Below are positions 12,117 to 24,409 of a stretch of 64,000 nt of DNA, one piece after another. The translations under genes and the position numbers were made by a program. The notes under the pieces were generated by a model. It did no database searches and was not told the DNA's origin. It was given only the letters and a program-made list of their open reading frames with translations. The DNA comes from Folioceros fuciformis (Eukaryota), in assembly GCA_049999805.1 (NCBI GenBank), contig JBNGIO010004579.1, positions 1 to 64,000 of the forward strand, written 5' to 3'. Each line of letters opens with the position of its first letter. Position 1 is the first letter of the stretch.

Positions 12117-12835
12117 CTCTGTAATGTGAAAGAACTGGCTCGAATGGCTCCTCTGAAAAGCAGGAGTCTTCCCACGTTTTCCCCCATGGACGCAGGACGC
12201 CCGTGCTGCTTTACGGGCAGTGTGATAACTGCCCTTGGACTCCTCATCTTCACAGCACTACAGACGACGCGAGAACCCGTCTGCTGTTTCCACTTGCAAT
12301 ATTCGGAAGATCGCGAGGTCTCATCATTTGTGTCTCGACGACTACAGTCACTCCACTTGCTACATGACAAAACCAAGGAGAACTGCAACTGACATTTCTT
12401 GGGAATGATGAAGTGGGCATAGTACATTTCTACCTTTTTGCTGCTTTTGCTTATCCCTTCAGTAGGTGTCCACGTGCATTTATCCATACAAAACCAGTTC
12501 CGGAAGGATACTGCTGACACTGTTTGCTACTACTCATCCACTGCAATGCAGCTCCTCATTTGACATCCTTCAATACTTGCACTTGGCCCAGTAAGTTCCA
12601 CACTTAGCTTTCTGTTAATGAGAGAGTCAACCAGTGACGAAATACCAGGCCAGGATGATCAAGGCGGCTCGACCTTAAAACCTCGAGTGTTACGCCCTCT
12701 ACTGAGTGATAAAGAGGGAGGTGAGACTTGCCCCGCCGTGTAAGCATTCTTGTCATGACAAGATATCCACCTGGTTTTCATCAACATCCACTACAGATCA
12801 CGCTCTGTGCAGAAAGCCCTGGGAGGAGGCAAATA

Positions 12836-15114
12836 TCAAGTTGTGCTTGTAGAAGCACTGCTGTAAATTTGCGTGTCTTCCACAACCCAGAAGGGATTGC
12901 CTTCTCGAATCCAAACCTCAGCTATCCTTTTCAGCTCTCCTTCCTGGAAATCAACCACAGTGAACTGGCGATCTGAAACCTCTATCAGGTTACCCTCACA
13001 TTCTGAACAGCTTTCAGGCGGAGGCACAGGCTCCGTTGAATTGGGGTCCGTGACAAGCATGCGCCTTGTCCTGGGTACAACCGCACCGTTCAGATACACT
13101 GTTCCGTTGGCTCCGGCAACAACCATCGTTCTTTCCCCAACGACTTGCAGCTTCTTGTGCATGTGCCCGAAGACCACTAACGGAATTTTTCGCCTTCCTG
13201 ATGCTTGCACAGTTGCAATCGCTGCAGCTAAGTCTGAAACGGAATATGAAAGAGTCAAACTGCGTCCAAGGGAGCAATAAAAGCGGCACATAACAAAATT
13301 CCAATTATGTATCGATTAGGAGGTAAATACCACGATCCCCATGATCACCAGCTTTTCGAACCCAGTCTTTCCCGCAGATATCGTATCTGTTTGGTCCCAA
13401 TCCTGAAAAACCATAACCGTTTCAGAACCCCAGCCCGAAGGAATCCACATGCGTTGAAGGTTATCAGAAAGCCCTGGGTTATGCATGAAACAACCATGCA
13501 GCTAAATGAATTACCACAAGTATCATGCTTTGTGGATCCCAATCCTGCTTGCAGTACAACAAGATACTATAACTGAGTCATATTACAGTTGTTGAAACTC
13601 ATGCACAAAGTTATGGTGTGCATAAATCAGGCTGAACCAATCTTGCAGCCAGTCGTAGTACAAACAGCATACACAATTGGCCTGTGCTTGTCGTGAAAAG
13701 AAAGAGGAGCCGAGCTAAAACCATTTGCAATCAGGTCTTACCAAGAGGACCATTGTGCGCTAGAAAAATCAGGGAATGATCAATTGGCGCTCCAAGAGCC
13801 ATCTCTGTTATTCTTATTTCACTCTCCACCATGGTTCTGATGCCATACCTGATAAAGCAACTGATCATGATAAGTGGGAAAAATAAACAAAGGAGCCAAG
13901 GAGGGCACCACTTCAATAACCACATCATTTTAGTTCTTGGAGCTCATCCATGCAAAAAAGTTCACACATCCTTACCGCTGGCCAAGCAGATCCGCAGGGT
14001 TAAAATGGGTTCCTCCACTGGAAAACGGACGACCGCCAACCACACTAAGCTGGTACTGAGGATAATCTAGTCTGCTATATCCCACATGCTCCTGTCCCAG
14101 GCTGTGAACACAGTCTTGTCAACAACCTCTGTCAAGTAATGAAATCACAGAAGGCACGAGCCGACAGTAACACCACTTACGCAAGAAGCTGAGCAGTGAC
14201 ATTGTCAGGATCTTGACATGGGTCTGCCCTGTACTTCTTTTGCCTGGCCTGCCAAGAAAATATCCTGTCATGACCAATGTGAGGTGACACCCCAACATCA
14301 TACACTGATAGCTTTCCTGCCCTGTGACTGGTGTTTTACTCCAGAAGCTCCTTCCGTACACAGTATGGCTCAACTCAAGTACCTTTTGTAAGGCCCAGCT
14401 GTCCACCAACAGTCATGGTTGCCAAGAATGACGGATTTCGGAAAATTAAGGTCGCTGATGCTTTTGACAAGATCAACATTCTCCTCACCAAAATCCCCTG
14501 CTTTCCATCACACGGCAGAGATAACAGTTCAGCCTCTGTAGACATCAGGCTTTTGACCTCAAGTTCACCAGCTGCCTCAAGCGCCTCAGAGCCTGTGAAG
14601 CATTTCGAAGAGCAATTACACCCCCGCCCCCCCCACCTCCTAGCGACAAGCAAACTGTCTGTTCGAAGCTGCCCATGGCAAAGTCTCAGTCAAAGCCATG
14701 CGGCCAACACAACTTGATTCGGTGCACCTGTAAAGAGGACGAGGTCCGGCTGAAAACCAAGAGGGCAAGCAATGTTAGATTTCCCCTCAAACGGCCGCAA
14801 TTAAAATCCACCCCGCATCACAGAGGGGCACAGTACCTTCAAACCCCTCAGAGCCATGTGATCCTTCACGGGATCCCAGTCCTCATGCTGGCGAATGCAA
14901 GCACGATTAAAAGCAAAATCCCACGAAGAAAGAGACGGAAGCAAGCGTGAGAATGAAACACGTCCACTGGCCTCGTGCAGAACCTTACCACATCACCAAC
15001 GACTGCGATCCTAAGCGACTTAGGCACATCAGGTCTGCCCGTCATGGCTGCTGCCCGAGGTGCAGATCGAGATCTGCAGAATGATGAAGCGCGCCAGGAG
15101 TTCATGAGAACCAT
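12836..15114 (-). CDS. Calcineurin-like metallophosphoesterase, TIGR04168/DevT-like, multi-exon (start approximate)
   Basis: Exons give LRIAVVGDV(H), KSVILGNHDCW, LSVVGGRPFS, IFLAHNGPLG, PLVVFGHMH and TVYLNGAVVPR. Confidence 0.85.
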
Positions 15115-16238
15115 TCTCGAAGACCACTCCGGCACGGCAAAGGCATCCAATCACAAAACGGAGCAGCAAAACCAGTGCCGCACGTATTCTAATTGACTAG
15201 CAATGTGCAGGCTCACATCCTGCCTGACCAATCCGGCAAGCTTCCCGCAGAGAGAGGAAAAACGTTCACGCACATTATATCCTTCAGCTCAGCATGCCAA
15301 ACCCTCACTTAGAGGTGATAAGTAAAACTATTGTCGCGCGATCGGAAGAGAACGCGCTGCTGTCAGCTTCTCCATGGCGTCGGATCTGCTGTCGCGATCC
15401 TGCAGTGCGGAGCAACAGGCAGCGTCACCGACGGCATCGACGCCATCCTTGACGCCGTGTCCGCGTGCTCCATCGCAACGCCTGTGCCTGTGCCTGTGCC
15501 TTTGCCTTTGCCTGTGGCCCTGCCGTCGAGAGTGCACGCCGGCTGTCCGGCAGGCAGGCTTTTCCGAGTCCCCCGGGAGCCTGCCCGGCGAGCAGTCGGC
15601 GTGCGTCTCGTCTCGTGCCGCGTCTTCTCGTGTCTTTCCCCTCTTGCCTGGGCTGCTTCACATCTGCTGCATTTAGTTGCGGTCCCCGCTTTGCATGCCC
15701 GACGCTGCGACCAGATACAGTACACAAAATCCGCGCCTGCGCCTTCTCCAGTGAATCTTCGAATTAAAGTAATTATTGCCCATATGTTGTAAAATAATTA
15801 TACATCCAAACTTAACCCGTCATGCCCTATTGTTCTTGTATTTTATATCTTATATCTTATTTTCCAGTTTTACTCAACCAGCTGAAAGGTCTATAAGTGT
15901 TTGCATAATATTATCAGAAAATAAGAAAACAAATTATACTTTCACTTCTTGTTTTGCTAAAGCAATAGCAAGGTTGGGTGCATATCTAACAAAAAGACCA
16001 TGCACCATCATTGGGAGAAGTGGGTAAATCTTCTCGTCACTAATCCAAGGCCAAATCACAAAACCTTAGCCCGTTTGCTCAAGCTTGCTCGAAAGTATAC
16101 ATTCAATATTAAAAAACAACATACCGAAAAATTCTATGCATGTCTAGAGACACGACTACATTCAAAGCAAGATAGGTCCTATTGAATCGGCTCTTGACAT
16201 CATAGGACTCATAATGGCTCATCTTATGGATCCTGACT

Positions 16239-16490
16239 ATGATAGCAACATGGCTTTTCTATAGGAGATTGAGTTGGGAACTAACTTTGATAGCAACATG
16301 GCTTTTCAATAGGAGATTGAGTTGGGAACTGACTTTGATAGCAACATGGCTTTTCAATTGGACATTGAGTTGGGAATTGACTTTGATAGCAACATGGCTT
16401 TTCAATNNNNNNNNNNGGACATTGAGTTGGGAATTGACTTTGATAGCAACATGGCTTTTCAATAGGAGATTGAATTGGGAACAAAGTAGG
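16239..16490. repeat. 48-bp tandem repeat (about 5 copies, with a 10-N gap at 16407-16416)
   Basis: Repeating unit ATAGCAACATGGCTTTTCAATAGGAGATTGAGTTGGGAACTGACTTTG. Confidence 0.9.
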
Positions 16491-16700
16491 AACTTAAAGA
16501 AGTGAAGGTTTTGTGTTCTCTCATTTTTATGTCTAAGATTTAAGCTAGCACTCAGAAGTTGATAATAAGACATAGCTTACATGAAGGTTGGGCTCATACC
16601 AGGTTCGGAGTCCCATAGCCAGCTTGATTCGTGCAGTCTCCAGGGCTCATGGTGGCCAGGGGAGTAGAGCCCAGTAGACTTCACGAGTCTCTGCAGGTGC

Positions 16701-18425
16701 CTACAGTGACAGTTCTGGAGGAAACAGAGTCTGCAGAGCAACAGTTCGGTCCAAAAACAGCAGAGCATCGTACCGGTTGGCCAAGGACGTGGGCACATAA
16801 TTCATTATCCAGTCATGGTTAGGTTTATACACCGCTGTGATGTGTCTATGGCCCCGCATCTCCGCCAAACAGCCTTCCCGGTGCTTGGAGCCGAACACGA
16901 ACGCCAGACGCCCTTCATTCAACCTCCCAGCCACCAAATGGAAGTCTAGTTCCCAGCACATGGACGTACAAGGAGGCACCGTCAAGATCTCCCCGGGACC
17001 ATCCGCGGTCTGCGACGCAAACACGGTGCCCCGGTAAGTGCTGAATCCTACCAACTTCACGGCGTCCCTTCCCAACTCCTCCCTGGCTAATCCCCCTAGA
17101 TTGACATATCCGTCACGACTCAGGCTGCTTGCCTTGTAGTCCCCGATATGCAAGTTGTGCGACCACACAATTCCCTTCGACAGCGGCCCGTAGTGATCAA
17201 GCAGATCCCTGACCGTGTCCATCATATGGTGGACGCGGACGTTCCAATACGTGCCCCCCAGTTTCTGAAACATGCACCGGTAATATTTCTCCACGCTCTT
17301 CACAATACGAGCACTCTGTACTGCTTCCAAGAAAGCAGTAGGCTCGACGCTGTTGCGCCGCTTCTGCAACATCTCCTCAAGCGTGTCCCCTAATCCCTCC
17401 TCGCAGCCCTTTGGATGCGAGATTAGCGACCTGGCGTAGTCCCACTCTTTCCTCAGATAAGGATTGAAACACTCGTATCGAAGCCTCGCCTTCTTGGCTA
17501 GGATTGGATCAATCCGCTCCATCGCCGTCACTGCATCCTTGATCGACTCCGCCAGGGAGAAAATATCCAGGCCGTAAAATCCAACCCGATTCTCAGGACT
17601 GTTAACCTTGGAATTCCATATCCACATCCATGCCACCATCCTCTGTAACTCCGTGTTGCGAAACGTCCACGTCGGCCACCTCCTGCATTTGTGCAACAGC
17701 CGTTTTCAACATTAACCTCCCAGCGACATTGTTCCCGCACATACATGTTTCATTCATCTCTTCAAACTCCGTGACTCCAAATCCACAGGCCTACGAGGAA
17801 ACAAGCCTCACAGAAGACACAAACATACATACTTGAAAGAATGAAGGACCTCGCTGACACTGCTATTTTTATAGCGGTCAGGATGTTCCTCCACCTGGTT
17901 GATGAAGCCGTTCACGTTTTGCGACGGAGGCCACTCCCCTTCAATAGCGATGAATCTGAATCCGTGCTTGTCTATGAGTTCCTGTGAGATCAAACGACGC
18001 CACTCGTAGAATTCGTGCGTGCCGTGAGTCGCCTCTCCCAGCATCACCACTCTGGCGTTCTTCAACTCATTGAACAACTTGCTGAGGTCTGCCACCGATT
18101 TGAACGGTATAGCCAGCTCCGACAATTCCTTCACAAAGTTGGAGTCCGTAGGGTGTTGTGATTCGCTCGCAGCAGCAATCGGAATCTTTGGCTGCTTTCC
18201 TCGGAGCCTAGGGTTCTTTTGGCGCTTTCCTCCAGACCTGAGTTGAGTGCAATGTCCGATCCGCTGCCGCCAGGAACGATCAAAATTCAGCATGCAGGCT
18301 GCAGATGGCTTTCTCTCATGAGATAGTGCACCAGCATAGGACGGAGGCAAGTCACTCCACCCTGGCCCCCTCTTTTGCAACGACGGTGGTACGCAGGACG
18401 ACGACATGTCGATTACACTCGCCAT
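16701..18425 (-). CDS. Erythromycin esterase (EreA/EreB/YbfO) family protein, 2 exons, with a transit-peptide-like N-terminus
   Basis: Motifs ARVVMLGEATHGTHEFY, GFRFIAIEGEWP, RWPTW, FYGLD, WNVRVHHM, IVWSHNLHIGD and RYDALLFLD. Intron 17683-17832 (GTATGT...TGCAG) joins HSFK|RWPTW in frame. Confidence 0.88.
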
Positions 18426-19423
18426 CACGACAATCACAATACTTACGATGATGCATCTTGCTTATCCTCCTATGTGCTGTATATGATGGGTACAGGATGG
18501 AGACCTAGGACCTTCTTAACTCCTGGATTTATTTGAATCACGGTAACGGATCTTTACACAGTACGATTTGAAAAGGAGGTGAATAAATGTGTCTATCCAA
18601 GACTCTCACAGGGCCCATGCTGCCATGTTTGGGAGCACACCCAGGGGAGCGGAACGTCCTTCTAAGAGTGCACAAGAAACCGCTGAACTAACAGAAGAGG
18701 CCAAATAAAAAAATTGCAGATTAGTGAGGGCAGGCATCCATGGAAGTGGGTTGCGGGCTGCTGAGGTCGGCTGATTGGTCTGTTGGCGTAGTTGGAATGG
18801 CAGACCAAGACAATCTGAAATCAGAGGAACAGAAAAATCACATCTTCGGACGTGGTGGCCATTCTGGGGTTTTAGACTGTGAGGAAAGTAAGCTCCAACG
18901 TGGTGAGGTTTAGGGATTACTGATCCAGGGAAATCGAAGAATATCATGACGAGGCAATGCCCCGGCTGGCGTCGTCTAGCACAAGTGGCAGCGGTTGCGG
19001 ATAATACCCTACAGGAGAGCTTCCCTGTCATCACCAGGGAATTCCCTCATCCCGTCACGCACCGAAGACAATCACAGGCCTGCACAGTACAGGATTTGCA
19101 GTATAAAGGGTTGACTGGATCGTGATGTCCATGCTACCAGTCAGGCAGCAACATCAGCTGGTAATCCTGTATGGATCACGGGGGTTGAGATGCTCTGAGG
19201 CGTTTGAGCTGGGGCAAAGATACGAAGAGCTGGGTGCCCGATGTGAAGGTGGTGAGCAGGCACGTGAAACGGCTGTGCTGGATAAGCGATACAGCTTTGT
19301 GCAGACTGCAGCGGATTGTCTGGAGCAGCTGCTGCTTCCTTGAGGGTATCGTGGATCGCTGGTAGGGGTGGTGAAGAGCTTTTGAAGTATTGGCGCACTC
19401 ATGATCATCCTAGGGCTTTACTG

Positions 19424-20797
19424 ATGGCCCACGTTGTAGGTGTCAGGCCGGGGGCTGTTTCTGATGAAGATCAGAACAGGGGAGAGTATGAGAGTCTCAG
19501 TCTTTATTCAAGTTCTGATTTCACATATCGGGCCAAAGCAGCGTACAGGGAGATTCTACGAACTGTGGACGGACTCCGACCTCTGCACACACGAGTCTCA
19601 AGGCTGAATGCGGCATGGGTAACACCCTCCGCTGCTGGCAGCCTTCTCCCCAGGTCAAGTGGAGCTTCAAGTGCATCTGGCAGTACACAAGAGATCTGGA
19701 CGAGTCCTTCAGCTTGTGGACGCCCATGGGTCTCCTTTCTTCTCTGCCTCAAAGTGAGTGAGATGGTTGCCTCAATTTCAGTCCTTCATGTCTCTGGGGA
19801 TGAGAAGCCCCTAGTACCCCTACGTGTTTGGATTGCCGGCTATGCTGCTTACTGTCTTGCCAGCCTTCCTGTGCTGTACTGGCGCTATGTGCGTCAGTAC
19901 GACTTCGCTTCCTACGTGCACCACTCGTTGCTTCCTGCACATGAATCCGACGAGTATCCGAGGCTGCTGGCTGCAGACCATCAGAGCACAGAGTCTTCAG
20001 GATCAAGGTACGTGCGTGCGCAGCTAGGGTGCACCTTTTTGTGAGCTGGATGCTGCGACACATCATAAGTTGAGGCGTGTTGTGGATGTTTTGAATTTGC
20101 AGGTTTGTAATGGCACTGGGAAGATTTGACATAGCTCTCCATTGTTTCGTACTTGTCTGGTTTGTGGTGGGAAATTTCTGGATCTTTGGTGGAGAAATAT
20201 CATCCAGCGATCTAGCTCCCAATTTGTACTGGTAATATCATGCTCATCTGCAGGCTGGGTGGCCCCAAAGTGTTGTGTTTCATTATGTTAGCAAGCTTTG
20301 CGTGCTGGAATGCAGTGTCGTTGCCGACTTTTGGAATGGGGGAGCCCAAGGATGCATGTGAAGCATGAGAACTAGGTGTGACGTAAGCATATGCATCTGC
20401 CTGCTTAGTTGGATGTGTGAGGAGGGTCTCTCATCAGATGTAAGCGGAATGAGGCTAAATGAATGCTCATGACAAGTTTATTTTCGCAGTTCATCCTGAT
20501 GGGAGTCAATGGTGCTCCTGCAGTGCTTTTTCTCTAGCTCCATATCCCAGCATAAAACGAACGTTCCTGCTTTGCTTTTACGTGTCATGTACATACGAAA
20601 GCTTGCTGTAACATGTGCGTTGCGTTGCGTTGCGTTGTGGACACAGGTGGTGCACTGTTCTCTTGGTTCTCGACTGGTTTGGATACGGATTAACGCTGGT
20701 CATCTGCGTGGGCTGTGTTTGCTGCCTATCAACTTGGCGACGGGATATCGCTGATCACTATGGGGTGAACTTCGAGGTCAAGAGTACGTTGTACTGA
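19424..20797 (+). CDS. Truncated duplicate of the membrane RING-H2 ligase at 24410-26368: transmembrane region kept, RING domain absent
   Basis: Collinear similarity and the same first two intron positions (introns 20008-20102 and 20232-20646). The spliced frame stays open to TGA 20795-20797. No RING motif was found downstream. Confidence 0.7.
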
Positions 20798-23700
20798 TGG
20801 GTCTAATTCATGGGGCGGGCGGCACGAGGGTTCACACTTCTTAGTGGGCCTGGCTGCAGTCATCATGGTGGTGGCTGTCACTGGTCTCGCTTATGTTCGA
20901 TTCTTGCCGTGTGCTGATGTGGGAGTAATCTCCTTTTGACTAAAATTGTTGTGTTCAAGAGTTGTCCTTGCTTGCTCATCACCCTGCTGCTCAAGCAGAT
21001 GCAGTATGATTCCGCGTGCACGGGGATGTCAAGAAGTGTAGACTAGTTCTTCTGGGAGGAAGAAGAGAAGTGCAAGTGGGCGAGCTGTTTAGACCAGGTT
21101 ACTGTCTGGGTTAATGCTAGTGGTAGAGTCCCGGGCTTATGGTGTGCCGATTGCACAGCCTTCGCGGATAAACGAAGGTTCTCGAATTCGGGGAGGAGAG
21201 GGGAAAAAAAGAAAGTCTGTTCTCTGTTAAAAGATGTGGTTCATGTTATGGAATTTGGTTTGGGGTTTTCACAGTTGACTTGTTAATGATCTCCCGGAGA
21301 CAGACTAATCTTGGTTTGCTGACATCAATGAACGGCTGTAAGGAAACTCTTGTACTATGAACACGGTGGATCGATAATGTTCTTAGTGATACCTATGTTC
21401 TGAAATGAGAGTGCAGAAAACTTTCTTTGTAAAAAACACATAGCAAGCCGGGTGTCATGAACCCTGTCCCCAATTGGATTGTCCTTGTTATTAGTGTTGT
21501 TGTTCCCCTTTGAAAAATGTCTTAGAGAAGCAAAATCCCGGCCTCCAAAATCAACCCCCATCTTCCGAGAAATCAAGCCCTCGTTCCAGATCATATGCGA
21601 GGCCAGTCCAGATCATATGCGAGGCAAGTCCAGTGTATCCCCCAATTTCTGCCGTCCTGGAGCCACCAGTCTATTTTCCATAGCTGTGTGCAACTAGCGC
21701 ACGAGGCGCAAACCTGGTAAATGTCATATCGATCAGCCTTGACTATCAGCAGGTAGACGCGTTTTGTCACAGTTGAGCAACGCAGGATTTTCTGCGAAAC
21801 CGTCGAAGGCAAACCAAAAGCTTTTCCACAGTTCAGGTCGTGGTAAGATATACTCCTGGACGTCCAGTTCAAAGTGAGCGAAGTATATTCAAACCTGCAA
21901 CTGGTGTCCCGATTTAAGGGCGTCAGCCTACGGCTGATTGAGTTGCAAGCCACTGCAGTAGAAAGCATTGAAAACTCCGAGACAAAATCAAAAGTTAAAA
22001 CGACTGATGTCTACCTCACAATGACAGTTACAAGTTCGAGGCAATGGCAGGCCCATCCTCTTGACAACTGTTGGAAACTGAATCACTGGCATGGAATTGC
22101 TCCGAAACCTTACTCGGACGACACACAGCCTACATCTTGACGCCTAGTGAATCCTGATGCCGTCTCCGACACACTGCAAATTGTTCGCATTAGGAAGAAC
22201 GCAATCAGGGAAGACACAAGCTTGCAGTAGAATTCACTGGCCATTAACCCTCCCGGTGACGCAACCGAGCTATTGCAAGGCGTAAGAACTTCTTCCAACC
22301 TGCTGATCTGTGGATTGTCCGAATGCTCTCCATCTTGACTTCCCTTAGACGAATGTTTTCGAAGAATCGAATGAGACGAAACCGTTTGCCCTGTGTCGTG
22401 TGTCCGAATGTGTGGATGATTGTGAATGTGGCCTGTCGTCCAATACACGTGTGCCGCGGATTTCGTTCTCCTCACCACAGGACAGGTTGTACGTGCCTCA
22501 TACGACGGGATGCAGACGTCACCAAACGGAGTTGTGCGAGTTGATGATGTGATAGGCTCTGTGTTGTGTGTCAACAAGCGGCAGTCTCTGGCGGACGCTC
22601 GCTCAGGACCGGTCGAGGGTCGCGACCGACTTAGGTTCGAACCACAACCTCTGGTTTCGTGACCACCTGACAGAGCGACCTAGTCCCGGGTCGTTCATTT
22701 GTGTTGACGACGTAGGCGTCGGTCGATTGGGGTGTGGGGCCACCGATCCTGTCCCTGGTCGCGGGGAGGGGCGCGCAGGACTGGGCTGGGCGGGGCTAAG
22801 CTGGGCTGGGCTGCGCATGGCTTGCAGCGGCATCGCCACTCTTGCCTGCACTTGCCTGCGTCTCCACTGGGGTCTCCTTGACCACACCTCGCTGTGAAGC
22901 ACATCGCTGGGCTCGCACCCGGGCTCGGTCTCTGTTGGATCTGCTGGATTTGCAGAATTGGAGCACCGAAGGCCGCTTTCTCCTCGGCCCGCGTCTGCGG
23001 ACCCGCAGAATTGGCTCAATCCCGCGGCCCGGCTTGGCTCTCGGAGGTGAGATTGGAGAGGAGCTAGCAACTGCGTGTGCATTAGAGGGGAAGTGAGTGT
23101 GTTTTGGATTGGGGTTTGCCGGGTGCCCGAATGTGTTGCTGGAATGAGGGGTTAGCAATTCAGGGGTCCGGCAGGCCTGGGTGATGCTAGACCCCCGCGG
23201 ATTTCGGCCATCCAGCTCCAGCGCACCGTGACAGGGTGTGTTGCGGGCGCTGAATCTGGGTGAGGCATATTGGATTAGGGTTGTGACGTGCGTACTCGTC
23301 GTGTGGAGTGCGGAGTAGGGAAGGATGTTTGAGAGGAGGGGCGAGGGCTCCGGTGTATGGAAATTGTGGAAGAATTGGGGTTTGAATCTACGAGGGTTGG
23401 CAAACCCGGCGTTGTAAAGAGTTTCCCGTGCGCAGATTGGCGTCATGCTGTCTTCTTGTGTGGAATGCATGTGCCTATTTGTACCCGGGCGTTGAGCCTT
23501 TGTCATGCCCCGAGGGAAGGTGTGCATTCAGGTTTTGTCTCTACGGGATGCAATGCAGAGTGTGTGGTTGTAGTGTGGCCGCGGGTCGGATGAGCACGGG
23601 TGGTGTCTCCTTGGTGCCATGATATGTCATGGAGAAGCCATACTCAATGCCCATCGTGAGGTGCTCATGGTGGCGGGGAAGACTGAAATGGTTGGATTTC

Positions 23701-24409
23701 CCGTGTTTGAATGATTTGGCTATCCAGAGCGAATGTTTCTGTGGCATCTTGTATAATGGTACGCTTTTGCATTCTGTGTGAATGTTGTGCCCATGTCTGC
23801 ATCCTTGCATCCTTACTTTAAGCAGAGGGTTTGAGCTCGGACATTGGTTGTGGTGAAGTATTTCTCTGCCAGGAGAAACTTTCTGATCATGACTCAAGTT
23901 TATTCTTTGGGATCAGGAAATCTGTCAGGCAGACCCTCATCTTTTTGTCCTTCCTGTGCAGGGCTTCACAATCTTCGCCTATGATGATTACATAATGTTT
24001 GAGAGTCTGGGGCAGGCTCTCGGGTCTGTACGCAGGTATTTCACGAGGAGCAGGGAGTATTCCAGAGCATTCTCCTGGTGATGGTTGCAAAGACGTGTGG
24101 TATCGATGCTATTGGCCTCGATGCCCTCGGGCAAAAGTCTGAACACAGATTAACTAGGACAACGGCGGCTTCTGAAAAGCTAAACTTACGGCCGAAAGGG
24201 TCATGATATGCATGCGACCAGTCAGGCAGCAACATCAGCTGATCACCCTGAATCACTAAGGTTGAGGCATCCTCAGGAGTTTGAGCTGGGTCGAAGATCC
24301 AAGGTGTGCCCGATTTGACGTTGGTGGGCAGCCGTGCAAAACTTGCTTAATAGATAATCCATCATTGAGGCTGCTGCGGGTTGTGTCAGCTGCTGCTGCC
24401 TTATTGTCG

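Noticed and set aside
16239-16490. 48-bp array as a CRISPR array or coding repeat
   Set aside because: Units are contiguous with no unique spacers, there are no cas genes, the context is eukaryotic, and the ORF is short and unsupported.
21000-24280. Short ORFs between the two RING-type genes
   Set aside because: No recognisable domains; the GC-rich part and the GTGAGT near 23093 fit a promoter, 5' UTR and leader intron of the ligase gene.
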